Source of the DNA: an uncultured cyanobacterium
GTDB taxonomy: Bacteria > Cyanobacteriota > Cyanobacteriia > Pseudanabaenales > Pseudanabaenaceae
Assembly (NCBI GenBank): GCA_963703315.1
Contig: OY969811.1
Coordinates: forward strand, 3,232,001 to 3,296,000
Length of the DNA: 64,000 nucleotides
Reading direction: 5' to 3'
In this document: positions 9,234-19,292 of the stretch, in pieces
Layout: each line of letters starts with the position of its first letter
Numbering within the stretch: position 1 is the first letter of the stretch
The notes under the pieces: generated by a model
What the model saw: only the letters and a program-made list of their open reading frames with translations
Told to the model about the DNA's origin: nothing
Database searches by the model: none
Position numbers and translations under genes: made by a program

Positions 9234-10163
9234 ATGTCAGAACTCATGCCAATTGTATATCTCAGTGTGGTTAGCTTTTTTGCTTGGATCGTTAGCACTT
9301 TAGCGGGTGGTGGCAGTCCTTTCATTTTAATTCCGCTAGTTAATTTACTCATGGGAGCCGCCGCCGTTCCGCCTGTAATTACGATTGGGATGTTTTTTGG
9401 TAACGCTCATCGAGTTTTACTGTTTTGGCGTGAAATTGACTGGGAACTCACTGGTTGGTATGCACCAGGGGCGATCGCAGGGGCAATTTTGGGCGCATAT
9501 ACCTTTACGCAAATTCATCTGGATTGGTTACAGATTGTGATTGCGATTTTCCTGATTGTGAGCGCAGTTTTATTTGAACTAGAAAAAAGCCCCGAAAAAA
9601 CTGTTGCTGAAGATCAGGCAAAAAATATCAACTTGGTCAATGATTCTAAAGAGTTGGAAGAGATTGAAGAACTAATCGAAGTTAATCAGTTAGGTGAATT
9701 GAGTCAATTAAGTGATCTTGAACAGTCAGAATTAATTCCTAAACAAGTCAAACCCAAATTTCAACTCAAGGCTTGGCATATTATGCCTGCGGGTTTTCTC
9801 AAAGCCTATGTATCGGGATTGGTTGGCACAACTGGTCCCGTCTTAAATCCCTTTTATCTTCGTTATGGCTTAGTGAAAGAGAAAATGCTTGCAACTAAAG
9901 CCACCCACATGACGATTATCCATGTAGTTAAAATTATTACCTACGGGGCGCTTGCAGCAATGTCCAAAGACGAGATTGTTGCAGGTCTAGCGATCGGACT
10001 TTCGGCTATTCCTGCTAATCTAGTCGGTAGGTATATTCTCAGTCGCATGAGTCCTCACCAGTTTCGCCAAGTTGTCCTTGCTTTTATGGTAATCGGTGGA
10101 ACATGGATGTTATGGGGACAGAAAGATTTATTTTTTGATTTTTTCAGCTTGAGTAAATTTTAA
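9234..10163 (+). CDS. TauE/SafE (TSUP) family membrane exporter with an acidic central insertion
   Basis: STLAGGG.PFILIP, GAIAGAILGA, SGLVGTTGP; about 8 TM segments. Confidence 0.85.
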   Translation: MSELMPIVYLSVVSFFAWIVSTLAGGGSPFILIPLVNLLMGAAAVPPVITIGMFFGNAHRVLLFWREIDWELTGWYAPGAIAGAILGAYTFTQIHLDWLQIVIAIFLIVSAVLFELEKSPEKTVAEDQAKNINLVNDSKELEEIEELIEVNQLGELSQLSDLEQSELIPKQVKPKFQLKAWHIMPAGFLKAYVSGLVGTTGPVLNPFYLRYGLVKEKMLATKATHMTIIHVVKIITYGALAAMSKDEIVAGLAIGLSAIPANLVGRYILSRMSPHQFRQVVLAFMVIGGTWMLWGQKDLFFDFFSLSKF

Positions 10164-10187
10164 GTTGGTTAGCTGAGACTAAACACC

Positions 10188-11252
10188 TTAAACTAGGCAG
10201 CCTAGAAAGCCCTCACGTAACTTCTCTTCTTCGAGATGTCTACCGATGAAGACTAATTGATTTTTGCGAAGTTCATTGTCTTTCCAAGGGCGATCGCGGG
10301 TTGCGTCAAACTGCATATGTACACCTTGAAATACCAAGCGCTCCTCAGAACCAGAGAGATTGATAATTCCCTTAGAACGGAAAATATCTTGACCTTGAGT
10401 TCTCAATAGCTCACTGATCCACGCTTGGAATTTATAGGGATTAACTGAGCCTGCTTCCAAAATACTGACGGAGCCAACTTCCTCATCATGGATATGGTGA
10501 TGGTGATGGTCATGATGTTCGTGATGATCATGGTCATGATGTTCGTGGTCATGGTCGTGATCATGTTCATCCTTGAGTTGAGCAGCGAGAAATTCGGGAT
10601 TTTTCTCAAGAATGCGATTGAGGTCAAAGCCACCGACATTGAGAACTTTATTGATGCTGTCCTTAATATTCTCAGTATCAGTTTGATTTAATTGGACGCG
10701 ATCGACTTTTGCTAAAACGTTTAGGTGCTTGATTTTTGCTTCTAGTTCCACTAATTCAGCTTCAGTTACTAAATCAGTTTTATTCAGCAAAATCACATCA
10801 GCGAAACCGATTTGTTCGAGAACTTCGCGATCGCCCCAATGTTGTTGAGCGTGCTTGGCATCAACGACTGTGACCACTGCATCAAGTTCCACTTGGCGAT
10901 GGATATCTTCATCCATAAAGAATGTCTGTACTACAGGACCGGGATCGGCTAAGCCTGTAGTTTCGATAAGAAGATGATCAAATTTATTGCGGCGGCGCAT
11001 GAGGTTGCTAATGATGCGAATCAGATCACCGCGCACTGTGCAGCAAATGCAACCATTATTCATTTCAAAAATTTCTTCGTCAGCACCGATGACCAATTGC
11101 TGATCGATGCCCACTTCACCAAATTCGTTAACGATCACCGCCACTTTTTTGCCATGCTCGGCGGTGAGAATGTGATTTAGTAAGGTGGTTTTACCTGCGC
11201 CCAGAAAGCCTGTTAGGACGGTAGCGGGGATTTGGGTTGATGCAATGCTCAT
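10188..11252 (-). CDS. COG0523/CobW-family metallochaperone GTPase with His-rich linker
   Basis: GFLGAGKTT, NEFGE, GCICC, ETTGLADP, NKTD, poly-His tract, C-terminal RSKG..FQGVH..LVFIGR. Confidence 0.93.
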   Translation of the reverse strand: MSIASTQIPATVLTGFLGAGKTTLLNHILTAEHGKKVAVIVNEFGEVGIDQQLVIGADEEIFEMNNGCICCTVRGDLIRIISNLMRRRNKFDHLLIETTGLADPGPVVQTFFMDEDIHRQVELDAVVTVVDAKHAQQHWGDREVLEQIGFADVILLNKTDLVTEAELVELEAKIKHLNVLAKVDRVQLNQTDTENIKDSINKVLNVGGFDLNRILEKNPEFLAAQLKDEHDHDHDHEHHDHDHHEHHDHHHHHIHDEEVGSVSILEAGSVNPYKFQAWISELLRTQGQDIFRSKGIINLSGSEERLVFQGVHMQFDATRDRPWKDNELRKNQLVFIGRHLEEEKLREGFLGCLV

Positions 11253-11351
11253 AGAATCTGCCAATTAACTGTGATGCTGATCAAAAAATGTACTCACCAA
11301 ATTATAGCGCTCTTGCTTTGTGAGCTTGAAGTGCTTTGCACGGAGACTAGA

Positions 11352-11404
11352 GCCAATATTTTATTAAAAATGAGGCAAAGCATCACTTTTAATAAAATAT
11401 TGGC
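11352..11404. repeat. Intergenic palindrome with GC-AAA-GC loop
   Basis: gccaatattttattaaaa.tga.gc-aaa-gcatcacttttaataaaatattggc. Confidence 0.75.
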
Positions 11405-11408
11405 AGTT

Positions 11409-12669
<1,261 letters not shown>

Positions 12670-12689
<20 letters not shown>

Positions 12690-13026
12690 GAACTTCTAAG
12701 GCATAGATTTTGCCTTGGGCATCGACTTCGGCAATATGTCTGCCTTGCATCGCAAATAGTTCACCACTATCACGTTTGCCAGCGATCGCCCAAATGGCTT
12801 CGAGTCCATTTTCCGTCTTTCTGGTCGTCCAAACACGTTGCATTCCTGAATAAGACTGAAAAAATTTGCGATATAAATTGGCGATCGCATCTTTACCTAC
12901 GACCTTACGCGCCCCCGCAGGTTGAACTTCAGCTTCTTCCGCAAATAACTCTACTAAAGCGTTAAAAGCTTGTTCATCATCGTTAGCACGATCAGAAAGT
13001 TCAAAATATTTGTCTAAAATAGTCAT
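12670..13026 (-). CDS. SnoaL/NTF2-like small protein
   Basis: LVELFAEEAEV..G....GKDAIANLY; C-terminal VDAQGKI. Confidence 0.75.
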
Positions 13027-13197
13027 ATTCCCTTGCCTCGCTTAATATAAAGCTAAAAAATTTACATGATGTAATTCAGAACGCTTTAATGAAGCTTTAC
13101 TTTATGTCTTACTGATATGTAAACATATATTAAGCAGTTTTTTGTAAAAGTCACTTCACCCTACAGGGCATAAATTGCACACATACTCCCTTCCCAA

Positions 13198-13244
13198 TCA
13201 AGAATTAGTGGTGCGGGGCTTTGCCCCGCACCACTAATTCTTGA
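13198..13244. repeat. Perfect 22-bp-arm palindrome, TTT/AAA loop, downstream of ictB
   Basis: tcaagaattagtggtgcggggc-ttt-gccccgcaccactaattcttga. Confidence 0.85.
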
Positions 13245-13247
13245 ATC

Positions 13248-14648
13248 CTAATCATGCTCAATCTCTTGGTGAGGTGCTTCAACCTTGATGTAAAAACTAC
13301 TAATAATGGCGATCGCTAACCACCAGAGTAATTGCACTTGAGGTCGATACCAGACTGTATCGACTAAACCATGCACCAGCATCCCAACTAAAGTGGCGAT
13401 CGCTGCAATAATCCATAAACCACTAGAATCGCGATCGTTTCTTAAGCGATTAAGAGAAATCCATCCTTGACGCAGAACTGTAAAAACCATCCATCCATAG
13501 CAAATCACACCGACAATTCCTGTTTCTACAGTGATCTCTAATGGCACAGAATAAGTCCCTAATGCACTGTATCCCGATCGCTGATAGAGAGGATAAATTT
13601 GGTTAAAAGCTTTGTTACCAGGTCCGATACCTAAAATTGGCTTAGCTTTAATCATATTTAACACCGACATCCACACATTGACGCGAAAGGCATTGCTACT
13701 GTCCTCAGTGCCAAAAATGCTAAACACACGTTTACGCAAGGTCGGTACAAGAATCGTCCCCAAAGCGATCGCCCCTGCTGTGCCTCCAAATACCGCAGGA
13801 AAAGTCCATTTCGGTAAACGCTTGCCCCACCAATACACTAATAGTAAAGCTAACGTAAAACTGGCGGCGGCTAAGCCCATCAGTCCACCCCGACTTTGGG
13901 TTTGAGTAATGCAAAACGCTCCCAAAATTGCGGTGATCGCTCCTAATGCTTTCATGCCCCAACCCCGCCAATGAATTGCAGCGATCGCGCCTAAGGGTAA
14001 AGCTGGCATGAGATAACCAGCGAATAAATTAGGATTGCCGAGAAAACTATAAACACGGGTCACACCTGCGGTTTCAGAGGTGGGATCAGTCCATGTCGCC
14101 AGTTCGGGAGCGCCCAGATACCATTGCTGCACGCCGTAGGCACTCGCCACTAAAGCGGCAATCAGATAGGCTGCGATCAAAATTGATCGCCATCCCAAAC
14201 GCATCAATCGGCTCATAGACACAAAGGCAATCATATACAGGGTCAATTTCACCATGCCATCGGCAGCCGCCACGCGCACAGGCGAAATTAATGTTGCAAC
14301 TAAGGCGATCGCCCAATAAGTGAGCAAAGGGGTATGAATCGCTGTCCAAATCGGTACTGATTGATCCTGTTGATCCTGCTCATCGCGACGATCGCTGAGC
14401 CATAGCAATAACCATGCGATCGCCACAGCCGCACTAATTATCCCCGTCTGAGCATTTTCTAAGAATGGTAAAGTTGCTAGCATGACTACTAACAAACCAC
14501 CTAGAAATTTTGCACTTAACAAGCGACTACCTTCGCGCCAAGCTTGCAATGGGCTAATCAATTGAAAAAATGCAGTCTGGCTACGATGGAACCATGATTG
14601 TAGAGTTTGCAAAAACTTGGGTATTGGTAGTTTGAGCTTAGAATTCAT
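13248..14648 (-). CDS. ictB: IctB-family (O-antigen-ligase-like) membrane protein
   Basis: LATWTDPTS..AGVTRVYSFLGNPNL, DSSNAFRVNVW, GIGPGNKAFNQIYPLYQ, DTVWYRPQV. Confidence 0.93.
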   Translation of the reverse strand: MNSKLKLPIPKFLQTLQSWFHRSQTAFFQLISPLQAWREGSRLLSAKFLGGLLVVMLATLPFLENAQTGIISAAVAIAWLLLWLSDRRDEQDQQDQSVPIWTAIHTPLLTYWAIALVATLISPVRVAAADGMVKLTLYMIAFVSMSRLMRLGWRSILIAAYLIAALVASAYGVQQWYLGAPELATWTDPTSETAGVTRVYSFLGNPNLFAGYLMPALPLGAIAAIHWRGWGMKALGAITAILGAFCITQTQSRGGLMGLAAASFTLALLLVYWWGKRLPKWTFPAVFGGTAGAIALGTILVPTLRKRVFSIFGTEDSSNAFRVNVWMSVLNMIKAKPILGIGPGNKAFNQIYPLYQRSGYSALGTYSVPLEITVETGIVGVICYGWMVFTVLRQGWISLNRLRNDRDSSGLWIIAAIATLVGMLVHGLVDTVWYRPQVQLLWWLAIAIISSFYIKVEAPHQEIEHD

Positions 14649-14717
14649 AGAGCAATCAGCATATTTGAACTTAGGTTAAAGTTATTTTGACACCTTGAGG
14701 GAAAAGGAAAAAGGAAA

Positions 14718-15038
14718 ATGGAAAAACTAAATTCGGCATCAGCTTATAACGATCGCGGCATGGAACGTGCAGAAAAGGGTGATTTGACAGGGGCGATCGC
14801 TGACTACACCGAGGCGATCGCCCTAGATGCATCCTATGCCGAAGCCTATTACAACCGAGCCTACGATCGATCGGAAATTAAGGACTATACAGGTGCAATT
14901 GATGACTACACCAAAGTCATCGAACTAGAACCTGATGCTGCACCTGCCTATTTCAATCGGGGCTTAGCCAAAGCAAAACTGGGGGATGCAGAAGGCGCAA
15001 ATGCTGATTGCGAATATGCTCGACAATTAGGTCTATAG
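14718..15038 (+). CDS. Small TPR-repeat protein
   Basis: Three TPR units AY..RG......GD..GAIADY..AI.L. Confidence 0.9.
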   Translation: MEKLNSASAYNDRGMERAEKGDLTGAIADYTEAIALDASYAEAYYNRAYDRSEIKDYTGAIDDYTKVIELEPDAAPAYFNRGLAKAKLGDAEGANADCEYARQLGL

Positions 15039-15044
15039 AGTTTT

Positions 15045-15168
15045 TGCATGAATTGCCCTAACGTGATGTACTAAGTCCCCTAAAACTACTTCTATCATGC
15101 CTTGCAATCCATCCGAAACTACAACCAAAGGGACTTGGACTTGTATTAAAGAAGTCCAGTAGTTCCAC
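15045..15168 (-). pseudogene. Decayed fragment of an MtnX-like HAD-IB phosphatase gene
   Basis: With one frameshift the minus strand reads VELLDFF../QVPLVVVSDGLQGMIEVVLGDLVHHVRAIHA, resembling HAD motif II (..VVVSGG..). Family recognised from memory. Confidence 0.55.
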
Positions 15169-15349
15169 TTTACTGAATTACATTTTCGCTAGAATTTTTT
15201 GTTACTTAGCTTCAAGGATAACGCGATCGCCTAAACAGGTGTGTGTAATTTAGCAGATTGATTGATGATGGTAATCGGAATAGGGCGATCTAAATATTTT
15301 AAGTAAAGATATAATTTAAAGTACATGTTTATTGTTATCGATTGAAACT

Positions 15350-17341
15350 ATGGCTTGGCAAGAAGGGCAGCTTATTAAAGAAGGGAAATACGAAATCACG
15401 AGAAAACTGGGACAAGGGGGATATGGGACTGTCTATCTTGCTCGTGATGATCATAAAGCGAGAGATGTTGCGATCAAAACTCTACATGAGCATCTGAGAG
15501 AAAATGAAGATTATGAAAGGTTTGAGCAGGATTTCATGAATGAGGCTAGACGATTAGCAGGGTTCAGTCATCTTCCCTTTATTGTAAGTATTTATGAGGT
15601 TATTAAAGAAGAAGATATTTGGGGAATCGTAATGGAGTATATTGATGGTAATAATCTAGATCATCTTGGAATCATCTCCGAAGAATTAGCTCTACTTTAC
15701 ATACAACAAATCTCTTCTGCATTATCGGAAGTTCATGAAAAGGGACTACTACATCGAGATATCAAGCCCAGCAACATATTGGTGAGAAATGAGACTAACG
15801 AGGCTATTCTGGTTGATTTTGGAATTGCTCGTGAATTTACTGCAAAAATAATACAAACACAAACACCTCTTTATAGTCCTTTTTATGCTTCTCCTGAACA
15901 GTACAACCCAAGAGCAGAAAGATCCGCATCTTCAGATGTATATTCTTTAGCGGCAACTCTTTATAAAATCCTTGCTGGTAAAGAGCCAGAATCAGCACCT
16001 TCCAGAATGTGTGGCTGTGAATTGAAATCGCCCAAACAACTCAATCCTAATATAAGTGATGCAATCGAATCAGGGATTTTAAAGGGGCTAGAGTTACAGG
16101 CTAATAATCGCCCTCAATCTATCAAAGAATGGTTGGAGATAATGGAAGTAAAACTCATTACTCCTTCTGAATATAAGATTTCCCAGAATACTATTAACCT
16201 TAAAAATACTGAAGAAAGTATTACTGAATTAGAAGAAAGAAAAAGGATTGAAGGACGCATGAAGTTCTACATATCAGAATTGTCTTCGCCAGAACCATCA
16301 TCTAGACATCGCGCTATCCAAGAATTAGGTTTACTAGGAGAAAGTGCATCTTCATCTGTTCCGCTTATTCTTGATCAACAGCGTAAAAGATTTACAGTTC
16401 TAAAATTTATTTGGCAAGAAACTAAAACACAATCTAAAGATTCACTCAGTTATTCCACTGCCAAAGATATTGCTATTCAAACAGGAATTGATGATGACGA
16501 TCTTTTTGGGATATTCCAATATCTAGAAGCTGAAGGATTGATTGAATTACTTCAATATATGGGGCAACTTCCACTGAGTCGAATTACTCATCGAGGGAAA
16601 ATTGAGATGGAAAATGCAATTATAAAACCCACTGAAGACACTGAACATTTCACTGAAGACACTAAACATTTTATTCTTGATCAACAGCGTAAAAGATTTA
16701 CAGTTCTAAAATTTATTTGGCAAGAAACTAAAACGCAACCTAGAGATTCACTCAGTTATTCCACTGCCAAAGATATTGCTATTCAAACAGGAATTGATGA
16801 TGACGATCTTTTTGGGATATTCCAATATCTAGAAGCTGAAGGATTGATTGCATTACTTCAATATATGGGGCAACTTCCACTGAGTCGAATTACTCATCGA
16901 GGGAAAATTGAGATGGAAAATGCAATTATAAAACCCACTGAAGACACTGAACATTTTTTATCTAGCGTGATCGTGAATATTGCAACTATGAATCAAACAA
17001 ATATTAATGCAGGACGTGATGCTTATGGCAATGTTATTGACTCTCAGATCAATGCTCCTATTACTAACACTATCTCCAATATTCAGCAGTCAGTTGAAAC
17101 TTCTGAGATACTGCAAGAGATCGCTGATTTAAGGCAGCTAATCAATCAACTAGCTGAAGAGAATCAAGATATTGCAGCCGACGCTCTCGACACATTAGAA
17201 TCTGAAGTTATCACCCCTACTAAACCTGCAAAATTAAAATCTACATTGTTTACTCTTTGGGCTGTTGCTCAAGGCGTAGCAACTTTTGCGAATGCTGTCA
17301 CGGCAATAGCAGATCGCTTTGGCATTCATTTGCACAATTAG
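15350..17341 (+). CDS. Hanks-type Ser/Thr kinase with a HEAT-like unit, a tandem-duplicated winged-helix-like domain and a helical C-terminus
   Basis: GQGGYG, VAIK, HRDIKPSN, DFG and ASPE are intact; internal repeat with a 102-aa period. Confidence 0.9.
   Translation: MAWQEGQLIKEGKYEITRKLGQGGYGTVYLARDDHKARDVAIKTLHEHLRENEDYERFEQDFMNEARRLAGFSHLPFIVSIYEVIKEEDIWGIVMEYIDGNNLDHLGIISEELALLYIQQISSALSEVHEKGLLHRDIKPSNILVRNETNEAILVDFGIAREFTAKIIQTQTPLYSPFYASPEQYNPRAERSASSDVYSLAATLYKILAGKEPESAPSRMCGCELKSPKQLNPNISDAIESGILKGLELQANNRPQSIKEWLEIMEVKLITPSEYKISQNTINLKNTEESITELEERKRIEGRMKFYISELSSPEPSSRHRAIQELGLLGESASSSVPLILDQQRKRFTVLKFIWQETKTQSKDSLSYSTAKDIAIQTGIDDDDLFGIFQYLEAEGLIELLQYMGQLPLSRITHRGKIEMENAIIKPTEDTEHFTEDTKHFILDQQRKRFTVLKFIWQETKTQPRDSLSYSTAKDIAIQTGIDDDDLFGIFQYLEAEGLIALLQYMGQLPLSRITHRGKIEMENAIIKPTEDTEHFLSSVIVNIATMNQTNINAGRDAYGNVIDSQINAPITNTISNIQQSVETSEILQEIADLRQLINQLAEENQDIAADALDTLESEVITPTKPAKLKSTLFTLWAVAQGVATFANAVTAIADRFGIHLHN
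16365..16956 (+). repeat. Near-identical in-frame tandem duplication (286-bp units, 306-bp period)
   Basis: 16365-16650 versus 16671-16956; I see 4 substitutions. The spacer is itself a near-copy of the unit end (cactgaagacact[g/a]aacattt). Confidence 0.95.
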
Positions 17342-17377
17342 TTTGAGAAAGATTTTAGCTTTATAAGGCAACTGCGA

Positions 17378-17875
17378 ATGTCTGGACATAAATATTTTAT
17401 TTTGCATTTAACAAAGGCTGGTCAAGAAAGACTAGGCTTTGCCGAAAATCCTATTTATGTTTGGGATTATGCTGAAGACAAAGAAGCAACGGAACTAGAT
17501 GGAAGACTTTGGTATAAAGCAAGGCTCGACAATGAGAAAAACTTGTTTCTTCATATTCGACATGATGAAATCAAAACATCTGAAGAGGCATTTTTTGTAA
17601 TTGAACAAAGTTCTAATTCCAATAGTTCTGATAATTGCTTCATTACTACTGCTTGTTCAGCAAACTATTATGAGCTTGACATTCTATATCAATTTCGTGA
17701 TAAGTATCTAGTGAATTTTCGGCTAGGAAAAAAATTCATTGAGTTCTACTATACTTTTAGTCCAAGCATTGCAGATGTTATTAGAGAATCATCCCTATTA
17801 AAAAAACTGACCCTACCGCTTTTTATTAAGCCTTTAGTTTTCACAATTAATTTACTATTCGATAAACATGACTAA
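17378..17875 (+). CDS. CFI-box-CTERM domain protein
   Basis: Ser/Asn linker then CFITTAC...ELDILYQFRDKYL....GKKFIEFYYTFSPSIAD.I....LLK.L. Confidence 0.8.
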   Translation: MSGHKYFILHLTKAGQERLGFAENPIYVWDYAEDKEATELDGRLWYKARLDNEKNLFLHIRHDEIKTSEEAFFVIEQSSNSNSSDNCFITTACSANYYELDILYQFRDKYLVNFRLGKKFIEFYYTFSPSIADVIRESSLLKKLTLPLFIKPLVFTINLLFDKHD

Positions 17876-18194
17876 ACCACCACTCCCCCAACCCCAACTT
17901 GATCGCACCCCGATCACCTCCGATCAGTACTTTGAATACACACCCGAAAAGCTAGAACTATGGGGCGGATTCTATGAATATGGAGGTCAAGACTTCACAG
18001 GCTTTTATCTTGGCATCTTGGCAAACATGGGACTCCGCGAAGCTGTGCGTCATGTGCCGATATCCAAATGGCTAGAAGCAATTCAAGAAATCGCATTGCA
18101 GAACCCTAAACTCGATGAGGCAATGCGCGATCGCCTTAACCGAGGATTAGCAGATTTGCAAGCAGTTGCCGAATATTTAGAAACACAAAGTTAA
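17868..18194 (+). CDS. Hypothetical protein (TPEKLEL motif)
   Basis: Overlaps the upstream stop codon; compact 108-aa ORF. Confidence 0.7.
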   Translation: MTKPPLPQPQLDRTPITSDQYFEYTPEKLELWGGFYEYGGQDFTGFYLGILANMGLREAVRHVPISKWLEAIQEIALQNPKLDEAMRDRLNRGLADLQAVAEYLETQS

Positions 18195-18220
18195 AAGAAA
18201 CAACAAGATAGCGAAATAAA

Positions 18221-18412
18221 ATGATAAAAGGCAAAGAATTTTATGTGGTCATCGAAAGAGATGAAGATGGAATTTACATTGGTGAAGTTCCACAACTTCG
18301 CGCTTGTTATAGTCAAGGAGATACTATTGACGAACTAATGCTAAATATGCGAGAAGTCATTGAAATATGTCTTGAAGAATTTGAAGATGTTACTCATCAA
18401 ACAATTCTCTAA
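18221..18412 (+). CDS. HicB-family antitoxin, short and probably C-terminally truncated; no hicA
   Basis: VVIERDEDGIYIGEVPQLRACYSQGDTIDELMLNMREVIEICLE. The 3' end runs into the convergent toxin gene. Confidence 0.85.
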   Translation: MIKGKEFYVVIERDEDGIYIGEVPQLRACYSQGDTIDELMLNMREVIEICLEEFEDVTHQTIL

Positions 18413-18791
18413 TCAAATCTTTTAAATCGCGATCTTCTGGTCGTTTTGCGTATTCAGCATGGGTATAAATCCAAGCTAACTTGATAACCTTTTGATTTTC
18501 ACTCACCAAATACATCAATCGCCCTTGACCAGATGCCCCAGCTAAATTTGGCATCTTAAACCTGATTTTGTAAAACTTCCAGTCATCAGACACAGCTAAT
18601 CCTTTTGGCAGTGGTTCGGGATTAGCATCAGACAAATAAGGACTAGATGATAAGCGGTTTACAAGTTCAGCGATCGCATCAATCATCTCTTGTTTCTGGC
18701 GATCGCCTTTACAATGACGCTTGAGCAAAAGTTTATAACTACGTTGAAATTTACTCGATGCTTCAATCTGAAATGGAAACGAGCCAGTCAC
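18390..18791 (-). CDS. RelE/ParE-like toxin
   Basis: FQIEASSKFQRSYKLL..FYKIRF...SGQGRLMYLV....IKLAWIYTH. GTG start at 18791 overlaps the upstream gene. Confidence 0.7.
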   Translation of the reverse strand: MTGSFPFQIEASSKFQRSYKLLLKRHCKGDRQKQEMIDAIAELVNRLSSSPYLSDANPEPLPKGLAVSDDWKFYKIRFKMPNLAGASGQGRLMYLVSENQKVIKLAWIYTHAEYAKRPEDRDLKDLIRELFDE

Positions 18792-19116
18792 GAAAATCAC
18801 TCCCATTTGTAAATTTTTGAGTTTGTTGCGATTCATCCATCGCAGATTGTACCGATTGCCTCATCGTGGCATCATAGGCGGGATGTTGACGCTCTATTTC
18901 ATCTAAAATCAAATCATCATCACCTGTATAGTTTTCTACGGCTTGATTAATTTGGCTCTCTATTAGACGTTTTAATTGGATTAACTCTTTCAGACCTAAT
19001 TTAGCGATCGCATCAACAAGAGAATGTAAAGGCAGAGAGAAATTTAGCATGACTTGCTGCTCTGCATCAGTCACGTCCACTGAAGATATTGAGATCGGCT
19101 CGATTACCTGTGGCAT
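18763..19116 (-). CDS. Putative antitoxin (acidic, upstream of the RelE-like gene)
   Basis: Acidic 117 aa, C-terminal GSDFRDWL, overlaps the toxin start. Confidence 0.6.
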   Translation of the reverse strand: MPQVIEPISISSVDVTDAEQQVMLNFSLPLHSLVDAIAKLGLKELIQLKRLIESQINQAVENYTGDDDLILDEIERQHPAYDATMRQSVQSAMDESQQTQKFTNGSDFRDWLVSISD

Positions 19117-19292
19117 AAATTTATAAACCTCATATGGTTTAACTCCTACTTTCCAATATACCGCTACAGATCAAGTCTTGTCATCCTCAGTAAACCCGCA
19201 AAGCCTTATAATAGTAAGACACTTAGTAAGAATTGCCTATCTCACGCGGGGCAAGCACTGCCAAGCCATGCAAGGAGAAATTTAGTAGCCGT

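Noticed and set aside
10490..10570. His-codon tandem repeats as an independent repeat element or the 67-aa Met/Val ORF
   Set aside because: Simply the His-rich linker typical of COG0523 proteins.
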